This document shows, piece after piece, positions 38,347-48,347 of a stretch of 57,364 nt of DNA. Position 1 is the first letter of the stretch. Each line of letters starts with the position of its first letter. The translations under genes were made by a program, and so were the position numbers. The stretch is taken from assembly GCA_046583355.1 (NCBI GenBank), contig JAYGCM010000058.1, positions 1-57,364 on the forward strand, in the 5' to 3' direction. The DNA is from Deltaproteobacteria bacterium. GTDB taxonomy: Bacteria; Desulfobacterota; Binatia; UBA12015. The notes under the pieces are model-generated. The model was not told the origin of the DNA. It saw only the letters and a program-made list of their open reading frames with translations, and made no database searches.

Positions 38347-39225
38347 ATGATCGAGAGAATTCCGTTTGGTCGAACCGGCCACCTCAGCAGTCGAATCATT
38401 TTTGGTGCGGCCGCGATCGGTGGCATGAAGCAGGAAAAGGCAGACGCCACGATGCAGCTGCTGCTGGAGCATGGCATCAATCATATCGATGTAGCTGCGG
38501 ATTATGGCGTGGCCGAGGAGCGCCTTGCGCCCTTTCTCGCCGAGCACCGCAGCGAGTTCTTTCTCGCCACCAAAACCGGCGCGCGCGCTGGCCCGGCGGC
38601 GCGCGCGAACCTCAAACGCTCGCTCGATCGCATGGGCGTGGACTCGGTCGACCTGATCCAGTTGCATAATCTCGTCGACGAGAGCGAGTGGGAGGTCGCG
38701 ATGGCCCCCGGCGGCGCGCTTGAGGCGCTGGTGCAAGCGCGTGAAGACGGGCTCTGCCGTTTTATCGGCGTGACCGGCCACGGCACGCGTGTCGCCGCGC
38801 AGCATCTGCGCAGCCTCGAGCGTTTTGCCTTTGATTCCGTGCTCTTGCCGCTCAACCCCGCGATGCTCGCGCAGCCAGAATATGCCGCTGAATTCGCCAA
38901 GCTGACGGAGCTTTGCGCGGACCGTGGCGTGGCCTTCCAGACGATCAAATCCATCGCGCGGCGCCGCTGGCAGGGCCAAGAGGCGCGGATGTTCAGCTGG
39001 TATGAACCGCTGCGCGACGCTGCGGCGATCTCGACCATGGTGCGCTGGGTACTGAGTCATTCGGGGACGTTTCTCAACTCCTCGAGTGACGCGACGCTCC
39101 TGCCGATCATTCTCGAAGCCGCCCGCGACCGGCCCGCGCCGCCGGCACCGGGCGAAGTCGACGCCCTGGTTGCCGCCGAGGCCATCGAGCCGCTCTTCGT
39201 CCCCGGAGAGCAAGAAGGAATCTAG
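38347..39225 (+). CDS. Aldo/keto reductase
   Basis: FGRTG, GINHIDVAADYG, FLATK, SLDRM..DLIQLH, FIGVTGH. Confidence 0.88.
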   Translation: MIERIPFGRTGHLSSRIIFGAAAIGGMKQEKADATMQLLLEHGINHIDVAADYGVAEERLAPFLAEHRSEFFLATKTGARAGPAARANLKRSLDRMGVDSVDLIQLHNLVDESEWEVAMAPGGALEALVQAREDGLCRFIGVTGHGTRVAAQHLRSLERFAFDSVLLPLNPAMLAQPEYAAEFAKLTELCADRGVAFQTIKSIARRRWQGQEARMFSWYEPLRDAAAISTMVRWVLSHSGTFLNSSSDATLLPIILEAARDRPAPPAPGEVDALVAAEAIEPLFVPGEQEGI

Positions 39226-39235
39226 AGGCCCTCTC

Positions 39236-40471
39236 TCATTGCGATTCGGCGGGCGAGGCGGCGAGCTTGCGACCGATGGCGCGGAAGAGCTCGATGGTCT
39301 CGAACTCCATATCGGCCGAGCCGTCCTCGGCGGTCGCGTAATCGCTGTTGGCCGAGAGCTTCACGATCACCAGGGCGCGTGCCGGGTTCACATAGATGAA
39401 CTGATTGTAGACGCCGATGGCGCTGTATTCGCCTTCGTCACCCTCGGGCACCCACCATTGGTAGCCGTAGCCAAGCGGGAAATCGGAGAGTGCGTGGTCG
39501 CCGGGAAGCAGATGCGGGGCGTCGGGTGTGACGGAGGCCTGCACCCACGCGCTCGGCACGAGTTCGCGGTCCTGCCAGCGGCCCTGGCCGCGATAGAGTT
39601 CGCCGAGCTTCGCATAATCGCGCGCCGAGGCGTTCAGGCCGCCGAATGTCATCTCCATGCCCTGGCTATCGACCATCCAGAAACCATCGGCCTCCATGCC
39701 GAGAGGATGCCAGAGCTTCTCCTCCGTATAGGCGGCGACGCTTCCCCCGGTGACCTCGGTCAGCAGCCAGCCGAGGACCTGGGTATCGGTCGAGTTATAG
39801 TGGTTGTAGGTCCCCGGCTCGCGCTCGCGTTTCAGCGAGGTGGCAAATTCGTTGAGCGAGCCGCCAAGGGCGAGAATGCGGCCAAAGCGGTTGATGTCCG
39901 AGTCGGGGTCGCCGTAGGTTTCGTCCCAGCCCGCGCCGGACGACATCTGCAGGATATCTTTGATGCGCACGCCCTCGTAGGCCGATTCTTTGAGTTCGGG
40001 CAGGTAGGTGGTGATCGGGTCTTCGATGCTGCGGATCTTCCCCTCTTCGATCGCGATGCCGACAAGGGCTGAGATGAAACTCTTTGCAACCGACATGGAG
40101 AGCCAGGTGACGTAGGGCCCGCCGGTCAGCCAATATTCCTCGAAACGGATCCTCCCGTTCTCGATGACGAGCAGGGCTGCGGTGTCGGTTGCTTCCAGGA
40201 AGGCGCCGGTAGCCAGATCTCCACCCTGCCACGGAAACGTGGCCGGTAAATCGATGCTTTTGCCGGCAGCAAAGCGAAAGGGTGTCGCTGCGGCGGTCAT
40301 CTTCGAGGTCGGGAAGATCTCTTCGATGCGCCCGAAATTCTCGTATTGTTCTGCACCGCTGAAGAGAGAGGTCGCGAACGCGAGGCGGTTGATCTGACGC
40401 TGGTAGATGAAGGCGAAGATGCCCCCACCGACCAGAACAACGAGGAGCAGACCGAGAAAAAACTTCTTCAT
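39236..40471 (-). CDS. Serine hydrolase, beta-lactamase/NylB-like, membrane-anchored
   Basis: SVAK (SxxK), LQMSSG, YNS, ARDYAKLG, YGYQWW. Confidence 0.87.
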   Translation of the reverse strand: MKKFFLGLLLVVLVGGGIFAFIYQRQINRLAFATSLFSGAEQYENFGRIEEIFPTSKMTAAATPFRFAAGKSIDLPATFPWQGGDLATGAFLEATDTAALLVIENGRIRFEEYWLTGGPYVTWLSMSVAKSFISALVGIAIEEGKIRSIEDPITTYLPELKESAYEGVRIKDILQMSSGAGWDETYGDPDSDINRFGRILALGGSLNEFATSLKREREPGTYNHYNSTDTQVLGWLLTEVTGGSVAAYTEEKLWHPLGMEADGFWMVDSQGMEMTFGGLNASARDYAKLGELYRGQGRWQDRELVPSAWVQASVTPDAPHLLPGDHALSDFPLGYGYQWWVPEGDEGEYSAIGVYNQFIYVNPARALVIVKLSANSDYATAEDGSADMEFETIELFRAIGRKLAASPAESQ

Positions 40472-40672
40472 CGGCACGGTCTTGCTGGATGATGTGGCCA
40501 ATCGCAACCCGGCTTGGAGTGCGGCCTTTCGGCCTTGAGGTTGTGTCCATGCAGCGTTGGCTGGACCTTGGTCTGTGCGGCGAAGCCTTCGTACCTGCTC
40601 GCCTTTGGCCCGACCTCAGGGTCGTGGGAGCCGCGTTCGAACTCGGAGGGCCTTTTCGGGTACCTTTGGGGC

Positions 40673-42394
40673 ATGCATGATCTGGTGATTCGGGGAGGAA
40701 CGGTTTTCGATGGCTCGGGCGGTGAGGCTCGCGAGGCCGATGTCGCCATCGAGGGGGCGACCATCGTCGCGGTCGAGCCGGCGGTGGGAGCCGGGCGGGA
40801 GGAAATCGACGCGAAGGGCCAATTGGTCACGCCGGGCTTTGTCGATGTCCATACCCATTATGACGGGCAGGTGACCTGGGACCCGGAGTTGCGGCCTTCG
40901 ACCTACCACGGTGTGACGACGGTGGTCATGGGGAACTGCGGTGTTGGGTTTGCGCCGTGTGCGCCCGAGCGTCGCGATTGGCTGATCGGTCTGATGGAGG
41001 GCGTTGAGGATATTCCGGGCACCGCGCTTGCCGCAGGTATCCGGTGGAATTGGGAGAGCTTTCCCGAGTTCATGGATGCGATCGACAAAACACCGCTGGC
41101 ACTCGATGTCGGCGTGCAGGTTCCGCATAGCGCGCTGCGTGCCTATGTGATGGGGCAGCGCGGCGCAGATCTCGAGCCGGCGCGCGAAGAAGATACGGCG
41201 CAGATGGCAGCGCTGGTCTGCGAGGCAGTCGAGGCCGGTGCGCTCGGGTTTACGACATCGCGTACCGAGAAACATCGCGACAAGCATGGTAACCATGTGC
41301 CGAGTTTTGAAGCCGACGCGGCCGAGTTGCACGGCATCGCGCGTGCCATGGGCGCGACCGGCAAAGGCGTGTTGCAGTTGATTGCGGATTTCCACGACTT
41401 CGAGCCGGAGTTCGCCTTGATCCGCGGCATGGCCGAAGTCTCGGGCCGGCCGCTTTCGACCACGATCGAAGAAGACGATCGTCATCCGGAAATCTGGCGA
41501 CGAGTGCTCGATGGAATCGCGGAGGCCTGTCGTGCCGGCGTGCCGATGCGCGGCCAGGTCCCCGCGCGTGCCACCGGCGTAGTCCTCGGACTCGATGTCA
41601 CGCTGCATCCCTTCCTGCTGCATCCGACTTATCAGGAGATTGCCGCCGGCACGCCGGCCGAGCGCGCACGCGCGTTTCGCGACCCGGAGTTCCGCCGCCG
41701 TCTTCTCCAAGACGAGGTCGAGATCGACCCGTCGACGATTGTCGGTGTCCTCTTCGGAACCTTCGCCAAAATGTTTCGCCTTGGCGACCCGCCGGATTAC
41801 GAGCCGGATCCCAAAGAGAGTGCGGCGGCCGAGGCTGCCCGTCAGGGAGTTGCGCCGCAGGAGGTCTTGCTTGATTGGCTCGCCGAAGACGAGGGGCAGG
41901 CCTTGCTCTATTTCCCCTTGATGAATTACCTCGATGGCGACCTCGAGATGGTGCGCGAGATGTTGACGCATCCGCAGGCTGCCTTCGGCTTGAGCGATGC
42001 GGGCGCGCATTGCGGCACGGTCTGCGACGGCAGCTTTCCGACGACGATGATGACGCATTGGGGGCGCGACCGGCAGCGCGGCGCGCGCCTGCCGCTACCT
42101 TGGATCGTGCAGAAGCTCACGCGTGGGGGTGCCGAGTTGGTCGGCCTGCTCGACCGCGGTCTGCTGGCCCCCGGCATGAAGGCCGATGTGAATATCATCG
42201 ATTTCGATCGATTGACGCTGCACGCGCCCAAGGTCGTGCGGGATCTGCCGGCTCAGGGCCGACGTCTGCTGCAGAAGGCGAGCGGCTATACCGCTAGCGT
42301 CATCAGCGGCGAGGTGGCCTTCCGTGAAGGGGAGGGGACGGGTTCGCGGGGTGGTCGGCTGGTACGCGGCGCGCAGCCGGATCCGCGAGTTTGA
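40673..42394 (+). CDS. N-acyl-D-amino-acid deacylase family amidohydrolase
   Basis: PGFVDVHTHYD, GNCGVG, VEDIP, LSDAGAH, DRG.L.PG.KAD. Confidence 0.88.
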   Translation: MHDLVIRGGTVFDGSGGEAREADVAIEGATIVAVEPAVGAGREEIDAKGQLVTPGFVDVHTHYDGQVTWDPELRPSTYHGVTTVVMGNCGVGFAPCAPERRDWLIGLMEGVEDIPGTALAAGIRWNWESFPEFMDAIDKTPLALDVGVQVPHSALRAYVMGQRGADLEPAREEDTAQMAALVCEAVEAGALGFTTSRTEKHRDKHGNHVPSFEADAAELHGIARAMGATGKGVLQLIADFHDFEPEFALIRGMAEVSGRPLSTTIEEDDRHPEIWRRVLDGIAEACRAGVPMRGQVPARATGVVLGLDVTLHPFLLHPTYQEIAAGTPAERARAFRDPEFRRRLLQDEVEIDPSTIVGVLFGTFAKMFRLGDPPDYEPDPKESAAAEAARQGVAPQEVLLDWLAEDEGQALLYFPLMNYLDGDLEMVREMLTHPQAAFGLSDAGAHCGTVCDGSFPTTMMTHWGRDRQRGARLPLPWIVQKLTRGGAELVGLLDRGLLAPGMKADVNIIDFDRLTLHAPKVVRDLPAQGRRLLQKASGYTASVISGEVAFREGEGTGSRGGRLVRGAQPDPRV

Positions 42395-43413
42395 GGAGGC
42401 GTTGCCGTCTGGCCGGATTCGCATTGGCCGGCCTGCTTATATTTGGCGGCTGCGGGGGCGATTCGGATGATGGCGAGCGCTCCGATATCACGCTTGCGAA
42501 CCTCAATTTCCTGCACGGAATCTTCTGCCCGGCACAGACCGAGTCCTGCCGTCTCGACGACCGAGTCGAATTGCTCGCGGATTGGATCGAATCCGCCGGT
42601 TGCCCGGATATCGTGACGCTACAGGAGGTCTGGGGCCAGAGCCTGGTCCTGCTGGAGAGTCGCGTCGATACGATTTGTCCTTTCGCCTATGAGTTGGTGC
42701 AGGGCGAGCAGACCATCGGCCTTGACGACGAGACCGTGCTCTCGCGTTATCCGGTTACGGCCACAGCGCAGCGGCCGCTCGTGGGCGGCTTCCGCAATGT
42801 GCTCCTGACGCGAGTCGCTCACCCGACCGGTCCTGTGGATGTGTTCTCGACCCACCTCGCGTCGGGGGTCGATGGTGCGCGCGGGTCCTGCGGGCCGGAG
42901 TGTCCGAGCGAATGCGTGGCGGCGGATGCCACCACGCTGCGCGAATGCCAGGCCGTGCAGATGGCCGAGTGGATAGAAGCGAGTCACGTGGGTCCCGAGC
43001 CTGCGCTGATCGCCGGTGATTTCAATGCGCCGCCGGGAAGCTTCGAATACCGCCAGTTCACCGGACGGGGTTGGTCGGATGCCTATCTCGAGGCAGGCAA
43101 TGCCGAATGCAATCCGGCCAGTGGCATCGGCTGCACCTCCGGGCGTGAGGATCAGAGCCTGGTCGATATGGAATCGCCGGCCCTGGGCGTCTCGGTACGG
43201 GTCGATTTTATTTTTATTGTAGCAGCAGCCCCCGGGAGTTCCTGTGCCGGCATCATTGAACCGGCCGGCGACCCCGATGGCGACGGTGCAGCGACGGGTC
43301 TCTTCGCGGACGCGCCAACAGCCGCCGTGGAGACCTGCGGGCCATTGCCGGCGCCGATCTGCTGGCCGTCGGACCATATCGGTGTTCAGGTCGATCTCGG
43401 CTGTTCCTGGTAA
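42391..43413 (+). CDS. Endonuclease/exonuclease/phosphatase (EEP) family Cys-rich lipoprotein
   Basis: FGGC lipobox-like; LQE, THL, GDFN, RVDFI, SDH; TTG start overlaps the upstream TGA. Confidence 0.8.
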   Translation: MRRRCRLAGFALAGLLIFGGCGGDSDDGERSDITLANLNFLHGIFCPAQTESCRLDDRVELLADWIESAGCPDIVTLQEVWGQSLVLLESRVDTICPFAYELVQGEQTIGLDDETVLSRYPVTATAQRPLVGGFRNVLLTRVAHPTGPVDVFSTHLASGVDGARGSCGPECPSECVAADATTLRECQAVQMAEWIEASHVGPEPALIAGDFNAPPGSFEYRQFTGRGWSDAYLEAGNAECNPASGIGCTSGREDQSLVDMESPALGVSVRVDFIFIVAAAPGSSCAGIIEPAGDPDGDGAATGLFADAPTAAVETCGPLPAPICWPSDHIGVQVDLGCSW

Positions 43414-43422
43414 AGAGAGTTC

Positions 43423-44598
43423 ATGAATTTCGATCTGCACCCTGAGGAGGCCGCCTTTCAGGTCGAGTTGACGGCGTTTCTCGAGAGCGTCGCGTCGCCC
43501 GAGATCTTTGACGCGCATGGCGAGCAGCTTTCGCAGACGGTCGACTCTCCGGCGAAGCGCAAATTCATCGCGCAGTTGGCCGAGCGCGGCTGGCTCGGCA
43601 TGTCGTGGCCACGGGAATACGGCGGCCAGGAACGCTCGGGTATCTATGATTTCATCCTTACCGAGACGCTGGCGCGCTTCGGGGCGCCGCAGCCGGGGAA
43701 ATCCATCGGCATCGTCGGCAAGACGATCATTCGCCACGGCTCGGATTTCCTCAAGCGAAAATTCCTGCCGCAGATCATTCGTGGCGAAATCGAGTTTGCA
43801 ATCGGCTACTCCGAGCCAGGCGCGGGTTCGGATGCGGCCAGCATGAAACTCAAGGCCGAGCGCACCACGGGCGGCTGGATGCTGAACGGCCAGAAGGCAT
43901 GGACGACCTCGGCGCATTTTGCGGATTGGTATTGGGTGGGGGCGCGAACCGACCCCGACAACAAACACCGCGGAATCACGCTTTTCCTGATTCCGATGAC
44001 TCATCCGAATTTCAAGATCGACGCGGTCGATACGATTGGCGATGAGCGCACGAACGCCGTTTTCTTCGATGACGTATTTGTCCCCGATGACCATGTAGTT
44101 GGGGAGGTGGGGCAGGGGTTCATCTATATTTGCGAGGCCCTCGACCTCGAGCGTTTCGCCATGATGCCCATTGGCGTCCTGGAGAAAAAGGTCGAGGCTC
44201 TCATCAAATGGGCGCGCGAGGCGACGCGCGATGGTGCGAGACTGCGCGAGAACCACGAGGTCCGCCGCGGCATCGCGCAGGTCGCCGTAGAACTCCAGGT
44301 ATCGCGCAACCTTCAGCGCCGTGTCGTCTCCGAGGCGCTGCGTGACCGGATCCCGACCATCGAGGCCTCGCAATACAAACTCTTCATGAACGAGAGCGGC
44401 CAGCGCGCTGCCAATGCCGCACTCGATATGATGGGTGCCGCGGCCGTTCTGCGCCCCGGCAGCGAGGCGGCACCGATCGGCGGTCGTTTTGAACGCAGCT
44501 ACCGCTACACCATCGTGGACACGATCGGCGGTGGCGCCAGCGAGATCCAGAAGAATATCATCGCGACCCGCGGTCTCGGCCTGCCACGCAATTTCTAG
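43423..44598 (+). CDS. Acyl-CoA dehydrogenase (FadE26/29-like)
   Basis: GWLGMSWP.EYGG, FAIGYSEP.AGSD, NGQK.WT, LDLER, TIGGGASEIQKN. Confidence 0.9.
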   Translation: MNFDLHPEEAAFQVELTAFLESVASPEIFDAHGEQLSQTVDSPAKRKFIAQLAERGWLGMSWPREYGGQERSGIYDFILTETLARFGAPQPGKSIGIVGKTIIRHGSDFLKRKFLPQIIRGEIEFAIGYSEPGAGSDAASMKLKAERTTGGWMLNGQKAWTTSAHFADWYWVGARTDPDNKHRGITLFLIPMTHPNFKIDAVDTIGDERTNAVFFDDVFVPDDHVVGEVGQGFIYICEALDLERFAMMPIGVLEKKVEALIKWAREATRDGARLRENHEVRRGIAQVAVELQVSRNLQRRVVSEALRDRIPTIEASQYKLFMNESGQRAANAALDMMGAAAVLRPGSEAAPIGGRFERSYRYTIVDTIGGGASEIQKNIIATRGLGLPRNF

Positions 44599-44686
44599 AG
44601 GTTCGGCGCAATGCCCTAGAGCCGCGGCCGAAAAGAATCGAGTCGCAAGTCTGTGCAAGTGTGGCTTGTCGCGATAGACTCCAGCT

Positions 44687-45004
44687 ATGGCGGAAATTGA
44701 TGAATCCGAAACGGCCTGCTCGCTTCCCGAAGGCGCGGCCGAGTTACAACTCGATGAATGGAAAGCCTTGCGTGAGCATATCCTCGCGGTCGAGGCGCTT
44801 CCGGACGGGCGCGTGATGCGTTTTCCGGCCGGCATGGCGGACCAGGTCCGCGCATTGGCGGCGCGTGAGTCGGAGTGCTGCTCGTTTTTGCGCATCGCCG
44901 TGCATGAGGAGCCGGAGCAGGCCGCCGTGGCTGTGACGATCACCTCGGAGAACCCGGAAGCGATGGCGGTGATCCAGCTTCTCGCCGGCGAATCCGAGGA
45001 CTGA
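44687..45004 (+). CDS. Small hypothetical protein with ACSL...ESECC motif
   Basis: TACSLP and ARESECCSFL, a pattern recalled from small proteins resembling MerR C-terminal extensions. Confidence 0.6.
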   Translation: MAEIDESETACSLPEGAAELQLDEWKALREHILAVEALPDGRVMRFPAGMADQVRALAARESECCSFLRIAVHEEPEQAAVAVTITSENPEAMAVIQLLAGESED

Positions 45005-45011
45005 TTCCGCG

Positions 45012-45034
45012 CGCCAGACGGGATTCGTCTGGCG
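45012..45034. other. Intergenic hairpin
   Basis: CGCCAGACG-GGATT-CGTCTGGCG. Confidence 0.45.
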
Positions 45035-45086
45035 TGGAAACGGCCGCCTTACAACGCCCGCGCCCGATGGTTACATAGAGAGAGGG

Positions 45087-46484
45087 ATGACGGTCGCCGA
45101 GGAGACGCCCCCCGCGGCGCCGCCGGCGCCCGGGTCGGGCTACAGGAAGATGTTCGCGCTGGCGTGGCCCATTGCGCTGTCCAACTCTTCGATTGCTCTC
45201 TTTCTGATCGCGAATCTTTTCTGGATCGGCCATCTTGGCACGACAGCGGTGGCCGCGGTCTCGCTCTGCGGGCATGTGCTTTTCATTCTTTTCGGTCTTA
45301 CCCAGATTGTGAACGCCGGCACGGTCGCCCTGGTGTCGCGCGCTGTCGGCGCCGGGCGCGGTGAGGAGGCTTGGGATGCCTCCCTGCACGCGATCGTTCT
45401 CGGAGTGGGGATGGGGCTTACCCTCGGCCTTCTGGCACCTTTTCTGGCGCCTCCGATCATTCACTTCTTCGGCGTGAGTTCTGCGGTCGATGCACTGGCG
45501 ATTCCCTATCTCGAGATATCGCTCTTCTCCCAGACGCTGATCTTCCTGGGCATGGCGATGAGCGCCTCGTACCAGGCAGCCGGCAACACGCGCACGCCGA
45601 TGTGGATCAATATCGGCGCGGTCACGCTGAACGTCATCATTGATCCGCTCTTCATCTTTGCGCCGGGCGAGCGCGAAATCCTCGGTTTCGATATCGGCTG
45701 GCTCGGCCTCGGCGTATCGGGTGCGGCATGGGCCGATATCGTGGCCCATATCTGCGGCATGTCGTTCTTCGTCGGCTGGAGCTGGTATCGCTCATGGCCC
45801 TTCCCGAAGCCCGATACGGCCAAGCTCCGGCTGCGCCTGGACCAATTCTGGCGGATCCTCCAGGTCGGCGTGCCGGCCAGTGTCTCGATGATGGCGCGCC
45901 CGGTGTCGACCTTCTTCCTGCTCAAGGTCATCGCGTCGTTCGGCGACTCGGCTGTCGCGGCCTTCGGGGTGGCGCTGCGCGCTTTCAATATCAACTGGAT
46001 ATTCCTCGCCGGTCTGACCGCGGCGGTCTCTACGCTGGTGGGCCAGAACCTCGGCGCGCGTCGGCCGGAGGCGGCTGTGCGGGTGGTGCGCCGCGGGTTG
46101 CGGGTTTCGATTTCCCTCGGCATTCTTTTCGTCTTTGTATATTCTTCGATTGCCGAACAATTCATTGGTTTCTTCGACAGCTCGCCAGTGGTAGTTGAGG
46201 TCGGCGCTCGTTTTCTGCGCATTCTCGCTTTCAGCATGTGGGCGAGTTCGGCCACCGTTCCGCTGGTCGCCGCGATGAACGGCGCCGGTGATACCAAAGC
46301 CCCGATGATCGCGGCCTTCGTCTCAAATTGGGTGATCAAGTTGCCGCTGGCCTGGGCCTTGGCCGTCCCCTTTGGCTACGGTCTCGACGGCGTCTGGGTC
46401 GGTCTCTTCGTCTCCATCTTGCTTGAAGCCGCCCTCATCGTGGCCTGGTACCGCACCGGCCGCTGGAAGACCAAAGAGATCTAG
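45087..46484 (+). CDS. MATE family efflux transporter
   Basis: About 12 hydrophobic segments; LAWPI, GNTRTPM, LGVSGAAWA, VGQNLGA, GAGDTK, RTGRWK. Confidence 0.9.
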   Translation: MTVAEETPPAAPPAPGSGYRKMFALAWPIALSNSSIALFLIANLFWIGHLGTTAVAAVSLCGHVLFILFGLTQIVNAGTVALVSRAVGAGRGEEAWDASLHAIVLGVGMGLTLGLLAPFLAPPIIHFFGVSSAVDALAIPYLEISLFSQTLIFLGMAMSASYQAAGNTRTPMWINIGAVTLNVIIDPLFIFAPGEREILGFDIGWLGLGVSGAAWADIVAHICGMSFFVGWSWYRSWPFPKPDTAKLRLRLDQFWRILQVGVPASVSMMARPVSTFFLLKVIASFGDSAVAAFGVALRAFNINWIFLAGLTAAVSTLVGQNLGARRPEAAVRVVRRGLRVSISLGILFVFVYSSIAEQFIGFFDSSPVVVEVGARFLRILAFSMWASSATVPLVAAMNGAGDTKAPMIAAFVSNWVIKLPLAWALAVPFGYGLDGVWVGLFVSILLEAALIVAWYRTGRWKTKEI

Positions 46485-46500
46485 AGATCCGGCCGGGTCT

Positions 46501-48168
46501 CTAATTCGACCAGTAGATATACTCGTCGTCTTCGGCTTCGGGGATGGTGATGTCTTTGTCGATCGGGATCGGCATCGAGCCGGCCGAAGGCCAACGCGGC
46601 TGCTGCTGCTCGGCATTATGCTCGGCAAGCGCGGCTTTGAGCTCGGCGACCTTGTCGGGCAGGGCAGCCGAGAGATCGCGGCGCTCGGTGGGGTCGTTTT
46701 TCATATCGAAGAGCCAGGCGCGGCCGGGTGGGTCGCTGAGCGTGAGCTTCCAGCCGTTGACCAGAGCCGAGCTCGACGCACCGCTGCGCCAGAAGAGCCG
46801 CTCATGCGGTATGCCGCCCGTCTTGCCGCGTACATGCGCCACCAGGTCGACACCATCGATCGTGCGGTCGACTGGCACGGCTATGCCGGCGGCCGCAGCC
46901 GCCGTGGCGAAGATATCGAAATGGTGCACCGGTGCCGCGAACGACTCGCCGGCCGGAATCTGTGCGGGCCATTTCATGAAATAGGGCACGTGAATACCGC
47001 CCTCGAAGAAACTGATCTTCCAGCCGCGGAAGGGAGCGTTCACCTCCGGCAGACCGATATAATGCGCCCCGCCATTATCCGAGGTGAAGATCACGATGGT
47101 ATTATCTTCGAGCCCGTTGTCGCGCAGCGCGTCCAGCACGCGGCCGACGCCGCGGTCGAGACTGCGGATCATGGCGCCGTAGACACGCTCGCGGTGCAAC
47201 TCGATCTGCGGCAGCGCATCGTAATCTTCTTTGCTTGCTTGCAGCGGCGTATGCGGCGCCCAATGCGCCAGATACAGGAAGAAGGGCCGCTCCTTGTTGG
47301 CCTCGATCACCTTGAGGGCTTCGTCGGTATAATAATCCGTCAGGTAGCCGCCGGGCTCGAAGGCCTCGCCGCCGTTGAAGGAAGCCGCAAATTTTAGCGC
47401 ACTCCAGAGGAATTGGTCGATCGGGTCGAAGCTGAGCTTGGCGCTTACGCCGCGCGGATCTCCGTCGGGTAGGTAGAGGCCGCTATGCATCAGCAGGCTC
47501 TCGTCGAAACCTTGCTCCTGCGGCATCATGCCGTCGCCGCGGCCGAGATGCCATTTGCCGATATGCGCCGTATGGTAGCCCGCGCCCTGCAAGAGTTCGG
47601 CAATGGTGATCTCTTCGCTCGGCATGCCGAGCTGGTCGTAGTCGAGCAGGGAATCTGTATCCGGGTTGAAGATCGGCGCGCGCACGCGACCCTCTTGCTG
47701 GCTGGTGATCATGCCCAGGATTGTGCTCATGCCCGGTGGCACCGGTGTGAACTCGAAGCCGAAGCGTGTGCCGTAACGCCCCGATAGAATCGCCGCGCGC
47801 GAAGGCGCGCAGGTGCCGTTGCCGGCGTAGCCGTTCTCGAAGACCACGCCGTCGTGCGCAATGGAGTTGATATGGGGCGTCGGCACCGCGCCCCCGGCAA
47901 CACCACCACCGCGCAAGCTGAGGTCGTTCCAGCCCAGGTCGTCGGCCAGGATGAGGACGATATTGGGTGGGCGCTCCTGCGGGTTTCGGGCGCGAGTGTC
48001 GCGGCCAGACGCCCAGGCCACCTCTTGGAAGGGCCCAACGGAGGTACGTCGGTCGGCGAGGATCTCGATTCCCTTGAGCGCGATCGCCGTGCGGTTCCAC
48101 CAGGCGAGGCCACCAAGCAAAAGAAGACAGCCCAGAGCGATGCTCGTCCATTTTACCAGCTTCTGCAT
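46501..48168 (-). CDS. Formylglycine-dependent sulfatase, membrane-anchored
   Basis: PNIVLILADDLG, CAPSR, GKWHLG, TSDNG, FEGGIHVP. Confidence 0.92.
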   Translation of the reverse strand: MQKLVKWTSIALGCLLLLGGLAWWNRTAIALKGIEILADRRTSVGPFQEVAWASGRDTRARNPQERPPNIVLILADDLGWNDLSLRGGGVAGGAVPTPHINSIAHDGVVFENGYAGNGTCAPSRAAILSGRYGTRFGFEFTPVPPGMSTILGMITSQQEGRVRAPIFNPDTDSLLDYDQLGMPSEEITIAELLQGAGYHTAHIGKWHLGRGDGMMPQEQGFDESLLMHSGLYLPDGDPRGVSAKLSFDPIDQFLWSALKFAASFNGGEAFEPGGYLTDYYTDEALKVIEANKERPFFLYLAHWAPHTPLQASKEDYDALPQIELHRERVYGAMIRSLDRGVGRVLDALRDNGLEDNTIVIFTSDNGGAHYIGLPEVNAPFRGWKISFFEGGIHVPYFMKWPAQIPAGESFAAPVHHFDIFATAAAAAGIAVPVDRTIDGVDLVAHVRGKTGGIPHERLFWRSGASSSALVNGWKLTLSDPPGRAWLFDMKNDPTERRDLSAALPDKVAELKAALAEHNAEQQQPRWPSAGSMPIPIDKDITIPEAEDDEYIYWSN

Positions 48169-48347
48169 CTGCAGAATTCTAGAAGTTCGGCTGGAAAGTG
48201 CAACGCAGCGCAAAGAACGTCGATTGTCGTCGGTGGTGGGGCAGGCGATTGGAGTCGGCAGGACGGGGGTGCCCGGAGGTCGGTCGGTGTCGGTCGTGCT
48301 CGCCCGGGCGGTCGAAGTGGTCCGCAGAGCAGGCTAGAGATGCGCGC

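Noticed and set aside
39236..40471. Beta-lactamase resistance gene
   Set aside because: NylB/esterase-like features; fold membership alone does not imply resistance
42619..44943. 774-aa minus-strand ORF
   Set aside because: Antisense shadow of the EEP, ACAD and small Cys genes; no motifs; expected in high-GC DNA
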